In this document: positions 14,701 through 26,519 of the stretch, piece by piece
How positions within the stretch are numbered: position 1 is the first letter of the stretch
How the letters are laid out: each line of letters starts with the position of its first letter
Assembly (NCBI GenBank): GCA_013265495.1
Contig: MU058636.1
Location: 10,329,066 to 10,393,065, forward strand
Direction of reading: 5' to 3'
DNA from: Vicugna vicugna
Taxonomy: Eukaryota
Length of the DNA: 64,000 nucleotides
Notes under the pieces: model-generated
The model's database searches: none
What the model was told of the DNA's origin: nothing
The model's input: only the letters and a program-made list of their open reading frames with translations
Program-made: the position numbers and the translations under genes

Positions 14701-17700
14701 ATCACAGGAAATTAAAGTCCCATTTGGTCAGAAGCTAGAGGACTAGGTGAGCTCTTTATTAAGCACACTTCAAGAAGGACACTGATAAGTGAGAGCACAT
14801 CCCATAAAGAGAACAGCGATCAGTTCTGCAAACTTCAGTCAAAGAAGTCCCCACCTCTGGAGTTAAACAGGGACTAGGTGACCCTCTGCAGGAGATGCTG
14901 AGAGGGGATGTGACCTAATCTCAACTCTAAAAGTTCATGTACCTTCGAACTGTTAGCATATTACAGCTGACAGCACCAGCAACAACCACCACCAAAAAAA
15001 AACAACAGATCAGTAATGTGACCAAAGTTGTGCGCAACTAATATTGCTGCCAAGTGTACCACTCATGAAGCTCCTAAGACCATACTGAAATACGGTACTA
15101 CAGGAGCTTCACCAAAACTCACCAGAATCCACAGCAGTACTTTGCTTTATAACATCTAAAACTTGTACCAAAAAGAAACAATAGCCAAATACCATTTACC
15201 AGGTATCACCCACTCCATCCTACCACTTATAAAATTCCAGCACTGATTCATATTGTATTATAACGATGTGCACTCCGACTAAAGGAGGGGGTATGGAATC
15301 ATGGGGCCCAAGTAACAGTTTTATCCTAAATTAAATGGTGGTTAGCAGGGCAAATGGCAGGAGGACATTGTATATGAGTTTAATACTTTTTAAAGCTTAT
15401 CAATGCCACTCAATTATTTTTTGGAAAATTTTTAAGTGTATGGAATTACCCACCCTCCCAATCTAAAATCTTTTTTGTAAACATGAAAAGGAACATATGA
15501 TTACAACTTTCAGTGAGATTATTTCAGTAATGGAAATAAATATCTCACTGAGAACACGTAGTTTTTCATGTATATAACAAAGAATATTTCTGGCAATTCA
15601 TTAGGTAGAAAATTTAATACCAGTTTCAGCAGTATAGATTTGTGTGTATATTCTGAAGTTCTCTGCCAACCAGTTATAAAACAAGGTCTTAAATGCTATT
15701 CAAAAAGTAACAAAAAGTAATAGGTAAGTTCTGACTGGATAAATTTAGGTCAGTAGAAATCATGAAAGTACTATTTATTGTGATAAAGTGGGTTGTTAGT
15801 AAAGACGAAACTGCTTAAAGTTTTAATGCAATGGAATTACCACACTGAGCTGAAACAGACACAAAATACAGTAAATTAATCTGGATCCAAGCAAACAAAA
15901 GTAGGGGGAATAAAAGCATTACCATGACTACCATAAATGTGGCATATTGATAAACTGTTTATTATGACCTAGAACTAATGTGATGTGGCATAAATGCACT
16001 AATGTTTAAGTACTAAACGTGTCATTCAAAAACTCTAACTCAAGGGGTCTCCTTTCTACTTAAATAAAATAAATACAGCATCAACAATTTATACTGCTTA
16101 GTCTCCCCAGTGCTAATAGATTACTTTTCCACCAAACCCAGCAAATTCTGACTATTGCTAAGTATCCACAATTTCCCACCATTAACACTTAGGACAGAAG
16201 AGCAGAAATCCAAATATGGCTCAAAAGAAAATTCTATAAGAGTTTATAGATTTATTACTTATATCTTCATTAGCTTAGACTCAGTTAAAAAGTCTAATTT
16301 CCACAGAGGAGTACGTGGTTATATGATCTTGTGGTAATTCTACATAAGGCAACTGCCTCTTTAAAATATTTTATGTGCAAATTAAAGGAAAATGTGACTC
16401 ATGATAGGTACATTATACAGATATCAACCTCCCTAACAAAGCTGTCAAAAGCAATCCAGGATAGAACAGATTATCCTCTCTATTTTATGGATGCTGAAAG
16501 TGAAACACAACAGTTTAAATAATAATAAATTCAACAGGGGACCAAGGCCTCCCCCATCTTTACTATTCTCTATTTTAAAAGCTAAGACTATTTTAGAAAA
16601 CATCTGTTCTACAATAGTCTATTGTGATAGAATAACAGAAAACTCCTAGCCAGCAGATATTCTGGTAATGGGATGTATTTTTAACTAATTCCACTCTTAA
16701 AACACGGCAAAAACTTTGAAGAATACAATATTCCCAAGTCTCCTGACAAAGAAACCAAGTAAGATCGCTGATTTTAGGTGATTATGATGGTCTAGTAAGT
16801 GATAAACATTTTACAAAATGGAAAACGTTAACACTGTTTCTAAAGCTATCAGTGAGAGAGCTCCTGCTCCACACCCTGCAATGTTCTTTGCGTCAAAAGG
16901 GTTATGAAAATAATTCCTTGTCAGTTAAGATTCCCAAATTTTCCTAATTACTATACAGAAGATCCAGAGGTTAACTCCTTGCACTTAATGGACTGTTAAA
17001 CACCCACAGAAATGATAACTAGACTACACAGGCTACCTAAGAAAACTGTGAACTCCACCCACACCTCTCCCCCTTCAGAGCCCATCCTCAGGTGACGTTC
17101 TCCATGTAGTCTCAACTGGGGAAAGATACCTACTTTCACTTGTAGACACTGGCCCTGTGAACTTCCCAAAAACTTGGTACACAGGGCTCAGCCCAAGAAG
17201 ACACCAGCCTTGCCTCCTTAAGTCCAAGAAGGCAAACTTCCCTCCATTTTCAGCTGAAGAGCTACCAGCTACCAACACACAACCAAGGGTGACTTTATTG
17301 GCAGGGGTTGTTCATGCAATGAACTTCATTCTAGCCACAGGATCCAAAACTCCTAAGATTTCACAACCTCCTTTTAAACCGAAGGTGTCACGGTATCCAG
17401 TCAAGATTAAGTAAAGATTGTATGTATACAACTCAGGGACATAAAAATGTCTTCCCAATTCTTCTTTACTCCTCCCTACTCCTTCGTTATTTAATTTTCC
17501 AGATCATGAGTCTTATTGGAACCCTGCAATCACCTCTGCTCTTCTCCAGTTCCATCCACAGTCAAACAATTTTATCAGTACTTTCTCCACCTACCTAGGC
17601 CTCTCGGAATCAAGCAACAAGGCCACTGCCCCTGACGCTCTCCACCACCCCGTCTGTCTCACACATGTTCATCTTCCCCAAGCCCAGAGGATCACAGTCA

Positions 17701-17734
17701 CCCATCTGCTCAGAACCCTTTGACACTCTATAAA

Positions 17735-18422
17735 ATAGCTATATTCTTCCAAATTGTCAATTGCATGAAAGATGACAAGTAAGGAACTATTCAAATCAAA
17801 GGAGACTAAAGAAGGTAACACACTTAAATGCATGTATGACCCTGCACTGGATCCTGGGGCCAGGAGAAAAAGGAAGTTGCTATTAAGGACATTATTGACA
17901 AGTTGACAAAATAGGAACAGGGAATGAAAAACAGGATAAAAAAGGCTTTATTAATGATAAATTTCCTGAATGTGACAGCTGTACAATGTTCTTTGAAAAT
18001 ATACACTGAAACATTAAGGAAAAAAGCAACACCACTTATATAAGCTACTCCTAAAGAACTTGGGGGAGAATGTGTGTGTATACATTGTCTGCACAAATTT
18101 ACACACACCCATGCATATATGCATAAGAATGGAAGCATGTGACAAATGTTAAAAATTGGTTAATCTGGGTAAAGGGTGTACAGAAGTTCTTTACATTATT
18201 CTTTAAGCTTATCTTTTAAAAATATTTCAAAATAAAAAGTTTTTTTTTAAGCCTCTTGAGGGGACACGAGGAAACTTCATGGAGATGGGTTATGTTCATT
18301 ATCTTGACTGGTAATGTTTCACAAGCGCATACACGTGTCAAAACTTGTGGAACTGCACACTTAAATACGTGCAGTTTATGTGTGTCAGTTACACCTCAAT
18401 AAAGCAGTTTCTTAAAAAAAAC
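17735..18422 (+). mobile_element. Old L1M (L1MC/MD-like) 3' UTR fragments, two 3' ends
   Basis: AAAGGAGACTAAAGA..TGGATCCTGG..GCTATTAAGGACATTATTG motif; AATCTGGGTAAAGGG..AATAAAAAG end (~18240); second end TACACCTCAATAAAGC..AAAAAAA (~18420). Confidence 0.7.
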
Positions 18423-20519
18423 ACATTCGCAGCCTGTGAGGGTTTCAGTCTTCGTGGGCTCTCTCACAACTGTCTCAACACACCGAGCACCCCTGTGGCC
18501 CCTCTCACCCCTTGTCTGCACATATTATCCTTCCCTCTCCCAATCCCGAAGAACTTGACATGCTATCTGGGCTTGTATTTCTTCTTCTTTTTTGTTCATT
18601 CTACTACTCCTTCCTGGAAAAGCGACAGTGGAATTTGGAATTAGACAATCTAGACTCAAATCAGCTATATCCAGTCACATGCTCAGTTGGCAGCCAAGCT
18701 CCTCATCTGTGAAATGGGGACGGACTATGGCCACCTACACACCAGATACAGATGGGAACTGGCATGGTGGCTGGGGTTCAAGATAAGTGAGGTAGAAATC
18801 TGAGAGTGCTTTGCAAACTGAAATAATACAAAACAGTGTCAAATGTCATTACCTCCACACATCTAAAGCCCTGCAGGCTCAACCTTCTTTCCAAAGTTTT
18901 CTCCCAGATGCCTTCTTTGAAACAGACTCATTTCTCCCCTGAATTCACATAGTACTATTTAAATACTTTTTGAGGCCACCTATGGTCCACCAGGTTCATC
19001 ACAAGCATACCTGTGAATACGGTACACCTCTGCCAGCTCCCCAAGTGTAACAGCCTCACCTTCAAGTGTCTACCCTGCACACTGTAGGAGCTCAATATCT
19101 GAATTCAATAACATATTGAACGACAATGATTAGTTCCTAATCGCTGAAGGGGCCCAACCAATAAATGGCAATAAGTAGTCATAACACTTAAGTTTTGAAC
19201 TGCCTCCAATTCCACTCACAACCTGTGGATAGATGAAGTGGCTGGACATGGGGCCCACCCACCAGTGGCCCTCTTCTCACACGCCTAGTAATAGGCCTTG
19301 GGTAAAACCTGGGAGGAGACCACAGATCCACTTTAGCTCCATGTGGCCCTTTTGGGGCACTGAGTTCTGTAAGAGGAAGCTACAGATGACAGGATTCAGG
19401 GTGATTAGCTGAGTGCTAGTGGAGTGAGTATGCATCATTCTGAAACCAGGGGACCTAGAAGACAGATGGGAACGGGCGGTCAGGAAGCCTCCAGAAAGAA
19501 CAAGTAGCTCGTTTCAGGACTTTCTCATGCTCAGCACTCACGCTCATCAGCATATGGTGTGATAAGAACTTTAAGAAACGTCACATTTAGGATTTTTTAC
19601 TTACTAACGAATGCTCACCACTTCAAAAACATTGATACTATTTCTTTATACCTTTCTACCTCCAAAAATAAGGGAAGGTTTAAAGTGTAATTAGCTAAAC
19701 CAGAAACCCCAGACCTGCCAAAATGCTTGGCATTTTGTTCTAGGAATTCAACTACTGTTAATTTCAACAACAAGGGGAACTGAAACCCTGAGAAACTGTG
19801 ATTATATAGAAAATCTTCATGTAGTTTATACACAAGCGAGCCAGGGGAATCCTTCAAAACCGCCCGGGACAGTTTTGTCTTTGTTCCTATTAAAGAGCAA
19901 AAAATATTTGTCAATACTTGAAAAACTAGGAGACGTCTGTCATTTAGCAGTTGGTCTGGTAAACAAGAAAAAGGTCTAAAACCATCTATTTTGGAGTTGA
20001 AGTATTAGGAAGGCTACATGCTTTGGCAACACCACTGTCATTTTCTTACTAAACGGGAGAGAAGTCGCCTTGAGGTACAACACCAAGATTCCCTCCTGGC
20101 ACTACTTTACTGGAACCTGGTTTAGAGCCAGAACGGAAGAGGCAATGCCTCCACAGAGGTGTGACTTTCAAGTCCCAAAGAGGCCAGCTGAAAGGGGGGG
20201 GGCGGGGGGGAGAGGCACATTTTCTGCCTAACATACATTATGTTGTGGGGCTGGATAAGCAAGAAGGAATGAATTCAATGTGATGAAAAGAGAAAAATGA
20301 AGAGGATACAAAAATAATTATTGCCAAAGTCTTTGCTCCAGAGTTCTCAATCCTGTGGGACTGAGAGAGGCCGGGCTAGGGTACTGGCACTGGGAGTGGA
20401 TGCACTGTGATGGGAAAGGCTCCCTGACTGAAGTTTTTATACTCCAGCTTCACAGCACAACCAAAGCAGACCTAACAACCAGAGGACAAGGTTAGAGCCA
20501 CCATTCTGTAAAATTTGAA

Positions 20520-22135
20520 TGTGACCTCTAGATATCAAAATTAACTCAAAAGGAGCAGACATAAATGTAAAAACGAATGCCATTAAACTCTTAGAAGAAA
20601 ATGGAACTGTCAATCTCTGTGACCTTGGATTAGGCAATGGATTCTTAGACATGATAACAAAAGCACAAGCAACAAAAGAAAAAAACAGATAAACTGGACT
20701 TCATCAAAATTAAAAAATTATGTACTTCAAAGAACACCACCACCATCTCTACATTCATATTCACAGCAGCATTACTCACAGTAGCCAAAAACCAGAAGCA
20801 ATTCAAGCATTCACTGATGGATGAATGGATAATCAAATGTCTACATACATAGAAGGGAACATTAGTCAGTCTTAAAAAGGAAGGAAAAACTGTTATATGC
20901 AACAATATCTGTTTGAAGACATTATGTTAAATGAAAAAAGCCAGACCAAAAGGACAAATACTATATGAATCCACTCATGAGGAACCTAGAATAGACAAAT
21001 TCAAGAGACAGAAAGTAGAATCATGGCTGCCAGGGAACAAGGGTAGGAGAGTATGAAGAATCATTGTTCACTGCATAAAGTTATAGTTTTACAGGATGAA
21101 AAGAATTCTGAAGATGGATGGTGGTGATGTTCACACAGCAACGTGATGGTACATAAAGCCACTGAACTATACACTTAAAAATGATTAGGATGGTAAATTT
21201 ATGTTTACCATCATAGAACAGAAGAAATTATTTGCAAATCATAAGGGATTCTTTATCTAGAATATATAAAGAACTCTTAAATCTCAATAATAAAAACATA
21301 AATAATAATTTAAAGTGGGTAAAGGATCTTAATGTATATTTCTCCAAAGAAGATATACAAGCAGCCATTAAGATGCTCATCATTAGCCATCAGAAAAATG
21401 GAAAACAAAATGATGAGATACCACTTCATATCCACTAGGATGGCTAAGATAAAACAGAAAGTAATAAGCGTTGTCAAGTACATGGAGAAATTAGAATCTT
21501 CATGCCTTCCTGGTAGAAATATAAAATCATGCAGCCACCTTAGAAAAGTTTGGCAGTTCCTCAAGAAACTAAACACTGAGTTACCATATGAATATCCAAG
21601 CTAAGAAAATAAAAACTATGTCCACACACAAGAAACTGTACATGAATTGTCACAGCAACACTATTCATAATAGTCAAAAGTTAGAAACAACTTAAATGTA
21701 TGTCAACTGATAAGTGGGTGAATAAAATGTAATATATCCATGTAGTACATCCATACAATGGAATACTACTTGGCAGTAAAAAGGAATGAAGTACATACTG
21801 ATACATTCTACAACGTGGATGAACCTTGAAAATGTTATAAGTGAAAGCCAGTCCCAAAAGATCGTACATTACATGATTCCATTTAGATGAAATGTCCAAA
21901 ATGGGTAAATCTATAAAGACAAAATATAAGTAAATAGTTAGTAGCCTAGGGTTGGAAGGTAGGGGGCAATGGGGAGTGACTGGCCATGGTTACAGGTTTC
22001 TTTGAGGGGTGATGAAAATGTTCTGAAGTTGACTGCACAATTCTGTGCATATACTAATAACACTGAATCATACCCTTAAAATGAGTTAATTATATGGTAT
22101 GTGAATTATATCTCAATAAAATAATTATGAAAAAT
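20520..22135 (+). mobile_element. L1MB-type LINE-1 (degenerate ORF2 3' end and 3' UTR) with a nested second L1 3' UTR at ~20745-21210
   Basis: ORF2-like remnants (KLLEEN..DLGLGNGFLDM..; RIYKELL..WVKDLN..FSKEDIQ; MRYHF..RMAKI), then 3' UTR ending GTGAATTATATCTCAATAAA. Many stops and frameshifts. Confidence 0.85.
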
Positions 22136-23854
22136 TTAAAGGTGAATGTCTACCCATTCCCTACCTAAAAGATACTTAGTCATAGTAACTCTCTAAATGG
22201 CAAAGGAAAGAACTGACAAGCTTCCTTATAATCAATTACAGGAACTCAACCTACCTCAGCAGCCCCCTTGGTAGCACTGGCCCAGGCACACATCAGTAAA
22301 ATGCCTGTTGTACGTATTATGTCAAGCATCCAGGGCCATAATCAAAGTCACAAAGTACTGTGCCAAGTAAAGCACTCACTATTAAGGTTGGAAACTTACT
22401 TATATGATAAGTTCCTTTACAATCTAGGATTTCACAATAGCTCCTGAACATCAAACTGTCTGCCGACATGATAGACAGGTATGTGATAGGATGCCAAGGT
22501 CTGATATTCCATAGCTGTGTAATTTTACAGCAAAATTTAAAGAAGCTTCATCTTTCTAATAAAACTGCCCATGACAAAGACCCCTTAGAGTTTTCACAAA
22601 GACTCCACAAAGTCTTGCTTTATGTGGGGTAATCTTCAGAAGATTCAGCAGTTTAACCAGTTCATGTCTACACAAGTACATATTTAATTATCTTGCTATA
22701 TAGGTAATAACAAACCTCACTTAGACATTAACAAATGAGCAGCCCCATGTTCAATAAACTGAATATAAACCTAAGGGGTTGCAGGAGAAAGCATATAATT
22801 TAAGTCATTCTGAATATATTACCGAAAAATAGTGACTTTGGTCTTAATTTCTTAAAAAAAAAAAAACTCTACGTCAATTCAGCATCATTCACTAAAATCT
22901 AAGCTTCTAAACCTAACTTACAACATTTATGAGTCATAACCAACCTTATGGGGTAATCTGGCATTGTTTTACATGCCTGAAATGAAGTATTAGACATCAG
23001 AAATGCTTATTACAGAAGATCCTTTCAATCAAAAAACCTTAAGTCCTAACTCCACCTTAACTAACCAAAAAAAAGTTAGAAAAATACTGGTTCCCATTCA
23101 TTCCCATTTCCTCAATTGCTCCTAGGAAGGAGTAAATTCAAGATATTTTCTGTAGGTCTTTCTATAGTTTTACAGAATCATTACATTACAAGCGTTTCTT
23201 AATATGTACAAAAAAATTTTAATTGTTTCTAATAAAAAGCCTTTTAACACAGAAGGGCAACTTTTAAAGACCTTAATTTGCAGTTTAATGTTGCAACACA
23301 TGAGAATGAGGAGAGGAGGCACTTTACACACTGCTGAAGCCGTTGAAAAAGAAAAAAGAAATATCATGGTCAGTTTTGTTCTTATTCAGCTTCATAATCT
23401 GCTTGTCAGACACTAGTGAAATTTTTGTAATCAGGTTTATAACCCTTGAACAAATACCTGTTAAGACTATAATGAAAATATTCTTACAACAATCCTGGTA
23501 AAATGTTTGCATATGGATGAAAATTTAGAAGATGTCATGTCTGGGCAATTTCTTAAACTAGATTTCTCACCTCTAATCATGGCCCTCTAGAACTGGGCTA
23601 GGCTGGGCTCTTCTGCAGGAAAGGCCTCTGGCCATCAGGCACACCTGATGAGGTGATGGCTTCACGGGGTCCTTCGCCCTCCATTGGGGGCCCACTCTGC
23701 CCAGTCTCGGGGGCATGAGAATGGTCCTGGCCTCCAAGGTGCATCAGACTCTAACTGCTGCCCCATCCCTGGGAACCCAATATGTACATTTCACAGACCC
23801 ACAGGAGCTCAAGTCTGTGGGAAAAGCTGTGGGGTTCGTTAAACCTTGCCACAA

Positions 23855-24215
23855 CAACCTGTACAACCTTGGGCAAATTCTTCTAACTCTTGGGGTGTCC
23901 TGATGATAATACTTACCTTGAAAAGTTGCTGTGAAAACTAAACAAAATCTACAACCAGCCTAGCACAGTCCCTGCCACCAAGTACAAGCTGAATAAATGA
24001 TAGTGATTATAAACTATGACATTTCTTGAACACTATGTGCCAGACACTTGTTTTTAAGCACTTACACATATTAACTTATATAGTTCTCTCGCAACAACCC
24101 TCAATCATTATTACCCTGATTTATAGATGAGAAAACTGAGGAACAGAGATTACAGATTTCACTCACCAGTGGAGGAAGCCTGGATTCAAAAATCAGGAAG
24201 AAAGACTCTCAATTC
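23855..24215. mobile_element. Two adjacent MIR SINEs in opposite orientation
   Basis: ACCTTGGGCAA..ATAATACTTACC..AATAAATG (+), followed by CACTATGTGCCAGACAC..TTTATAGATGAGAAAACTGAGG..GGATTCAAA (-). Confidence 0.65.
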
Positions 24216-25062
24216 GACAGCTGTGAGCCCTACTAGTAGTGACGGCCATATGCAATGGCTCTTGATCTTAAGTGTGAAAGTTTACCACAGGTCCACATTG
24301 GATTCTCACTCTCAACCCGACTGTTCCTATCTATCACATTTTAACCAACTCAAAAAACGTCAGTCACATATTTTCTGCCTTCTATATACACTCTGTTCTA
24401 TGCTAAAGTAGTAATAGCTGCCATTTATCAAAACACTTCCTACATGCCAACACTGTACTACTTCATATTTTACTTCATTCTCACAACTTACATTAAAGTT
24501 ACTACTTACACTTTGCAGATAAGAGAACTACAGAACAGTGAGTGCCAAGTGACAAAGTTGCTAAGGTCAGGATTCAACTCAGGCATGTGACTAGCAAACC
24601 AAAGCTCTCACCACTCTAGAATACGGACTTCCTCAGCAACTATTACCTTTATTAACTGTCATGTTTGTGGTTCAGATAACCAACACTACAGAATCAGAAA
24701 AAGTTTACGCTTATCTGCAAATTAATTACAGATGAGACTAAAATGTTTGAAGCACCACACTTTAGGGTCACTTTAAGTTGCAATACACATTTTTACCAAC
24801 AGTCTATTACTTAGTTAACAATGATATGTCTTCCCCCTTTAACTGTGTCTATTTTTTCAATCCTTGGAATTTCTCTTCCTGACAGCATAATTCAGCAGCA
24901 GAGAAGACTGGAATACTGGGAAGAATTCTGTTCCTTTCTAGATTTAGGAATAGCATGGATTGGTTTGGGTTAGGTTAGTACAATAACAGTGAACCAGATA
25001 ATTTAAGGACCTAGTAATTTAAAAGGCTGCTCTCAAAATACAAGCCAGATGAGAACCTCTGG

Positions 25063-25098
25063 CAGCAGCAGCATCATCATCATCATCATCATCATCAT
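25063..25098 (+). repeat. Trinucleotide microsatellite (CAG)3(CAT)9
   Basis: Read directly. Confidence 0.95.
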
Positions 25099-25765
25099 GT
25101 AACTTACAGAGGAATATATTAAAGTGATGTAAGGAAATATAATACACAAAAATAAAAGAAATTCTTTTTCCACTCTCATCAAGAAAAATGTAATGTGATA
25201 TTTTCTAAATGTCTGTTTCATACCCATTTATGTGGGAACTAACTATACTCAGGTGTTTCCAGGGACCAGGAAAGAGAAGGGAAGAATTCTTCCCTAAAGA
25301 GCTTGCAGTCCAGAGACAGAAAGCAAGAGACAAATCCATGAAAAGCTCCAAGAGAAAGTGCACCCCATTATGAGGGACCAAAACAAACAGACAAATCCCA
25401 TTCCAACTAGGAGAGAATCAAGAAAACTCCATAAAGGCGGTGGGCAAGAGAGGCAGTATGGGAGGGGGAAGGAAGCCCTGCAGGAGGAGTGGAGCACAAC
25501 CAATGCCCATCCCATACGGGTGCGAGGACCAGAGGAGGCCTGAGCACTTTGCTATCAAACCCCTGGGGACCTAGGATCTCAGAAGGCAGCAACTGTCCTA
25601 AGAAAACTCATGCCCCCTCTTATGACAGCACTGAAAAGAATTGAAGCAAACTCTATATTCATGCCAGGCAGAGAGTAGAAGTCTCTTTAAGTGTTGAAGT
25701 CATTTAGTAAATAACAAATTGAGATTTTAGGGCAAAGAAAAAATAAAGGGTAATTTTACACAGAA

Positions 25766-25987
25766 CAAGGTTTCTCAACCTCAGCAGTACTGACATTTGA
25801 GGCCCGATCATACTTTTCTGGAGGGCTGTCCCGAGCACTGCTGGATATGCAGCAGCAATCCTGGTCTTTCCCCTCTAGATGCCAGTAGCAATCTCCACTC
25901 CCCACCCCCAATTTTGACAATCAAAAATTTTTCCCAAATTGCCAAATGTTCCCAGGGGGCAAAATCCCTCCCAGTTGAGAACCAGCA
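25766..25987 (-). mobile_element. MER20 (hAT-Charlie), apparently full length
   Basis: Ends GGTTTCTCAACC ... GTTGAGAACCA; internal CTAGATGCCAGTAGCA and TTGCCAAATGTTCCCAGGGGGCAAAATC match the reverse complement of the recalled MER20 consensus; length ~220 bp. Confidence 0.88.
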
Positions 25988-26020
25988 GCCTAGTCTTTTG
26001 TAGGAAGGAATGCAGAAATA

Positions 26021-26519
26021 CCGGCAGACCTTGGAGATATTGCAGGTTCAGTTCCAGACCATCGCAATAAAGCATATCTGCAATAAAGTGAGTCACATGA
26101 ATTTTTTGGTTTTTGGTTTCCCAGTGCATCTAAGAGTTATGTTCACACTATGCTGTAGTCTATTAAGTGTGCAACAGCATTATGTCTAAAAAAAACAATA
26201 TACATACCTTCATTAAAAAAATACTTTATTGCTAAAAAATGCTAACCATCACCTGAGCCTTCAGTGAGTTCTAACCTTTCTGCAACAGCAGCATCAGTGA
26301 TCACTGACCACCATAACACATATATTAATGAAAATGTTTGAAATATTTTTAGAATTACCAAAATGTGACCCAGAGACATAAACTGAGCAAATGCTGTTAG
26401 AAAAATGGCAGCGGCAATAGACTTGCTCAAAACAAGGTTGCCACAAACCTTCAATCTGTAAAAAATGCAACATCTGCAAAACACAATAACGCAAAGTGCA
26501 ATCAAATGAAGTATGCCTC
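26021..26519 (-). mobile_element. Internally deleted Tigger1 derivative (Tigger1a_Art-like, TcMar)
   Basis: Both Tigger1 termini present (CCGGCAGACCTTGGAGATATTGCAGGTTCAGTTCCAGACC... and ...GAAGTATGCCTC), flanked by TA at 26019-26020 and 26520-26521; ~500 bp, no transposase. Confidence 0.88.

Noticed and set aside
21232..21899. Short ORFs with L1 ORF2-like peptides
   Set aside because: Fragmented fossil L1; not coding-competent.
25033..25227. ORF with poly-Met run
   Set aside because: Translation of the (CAT)9 microsatellite.
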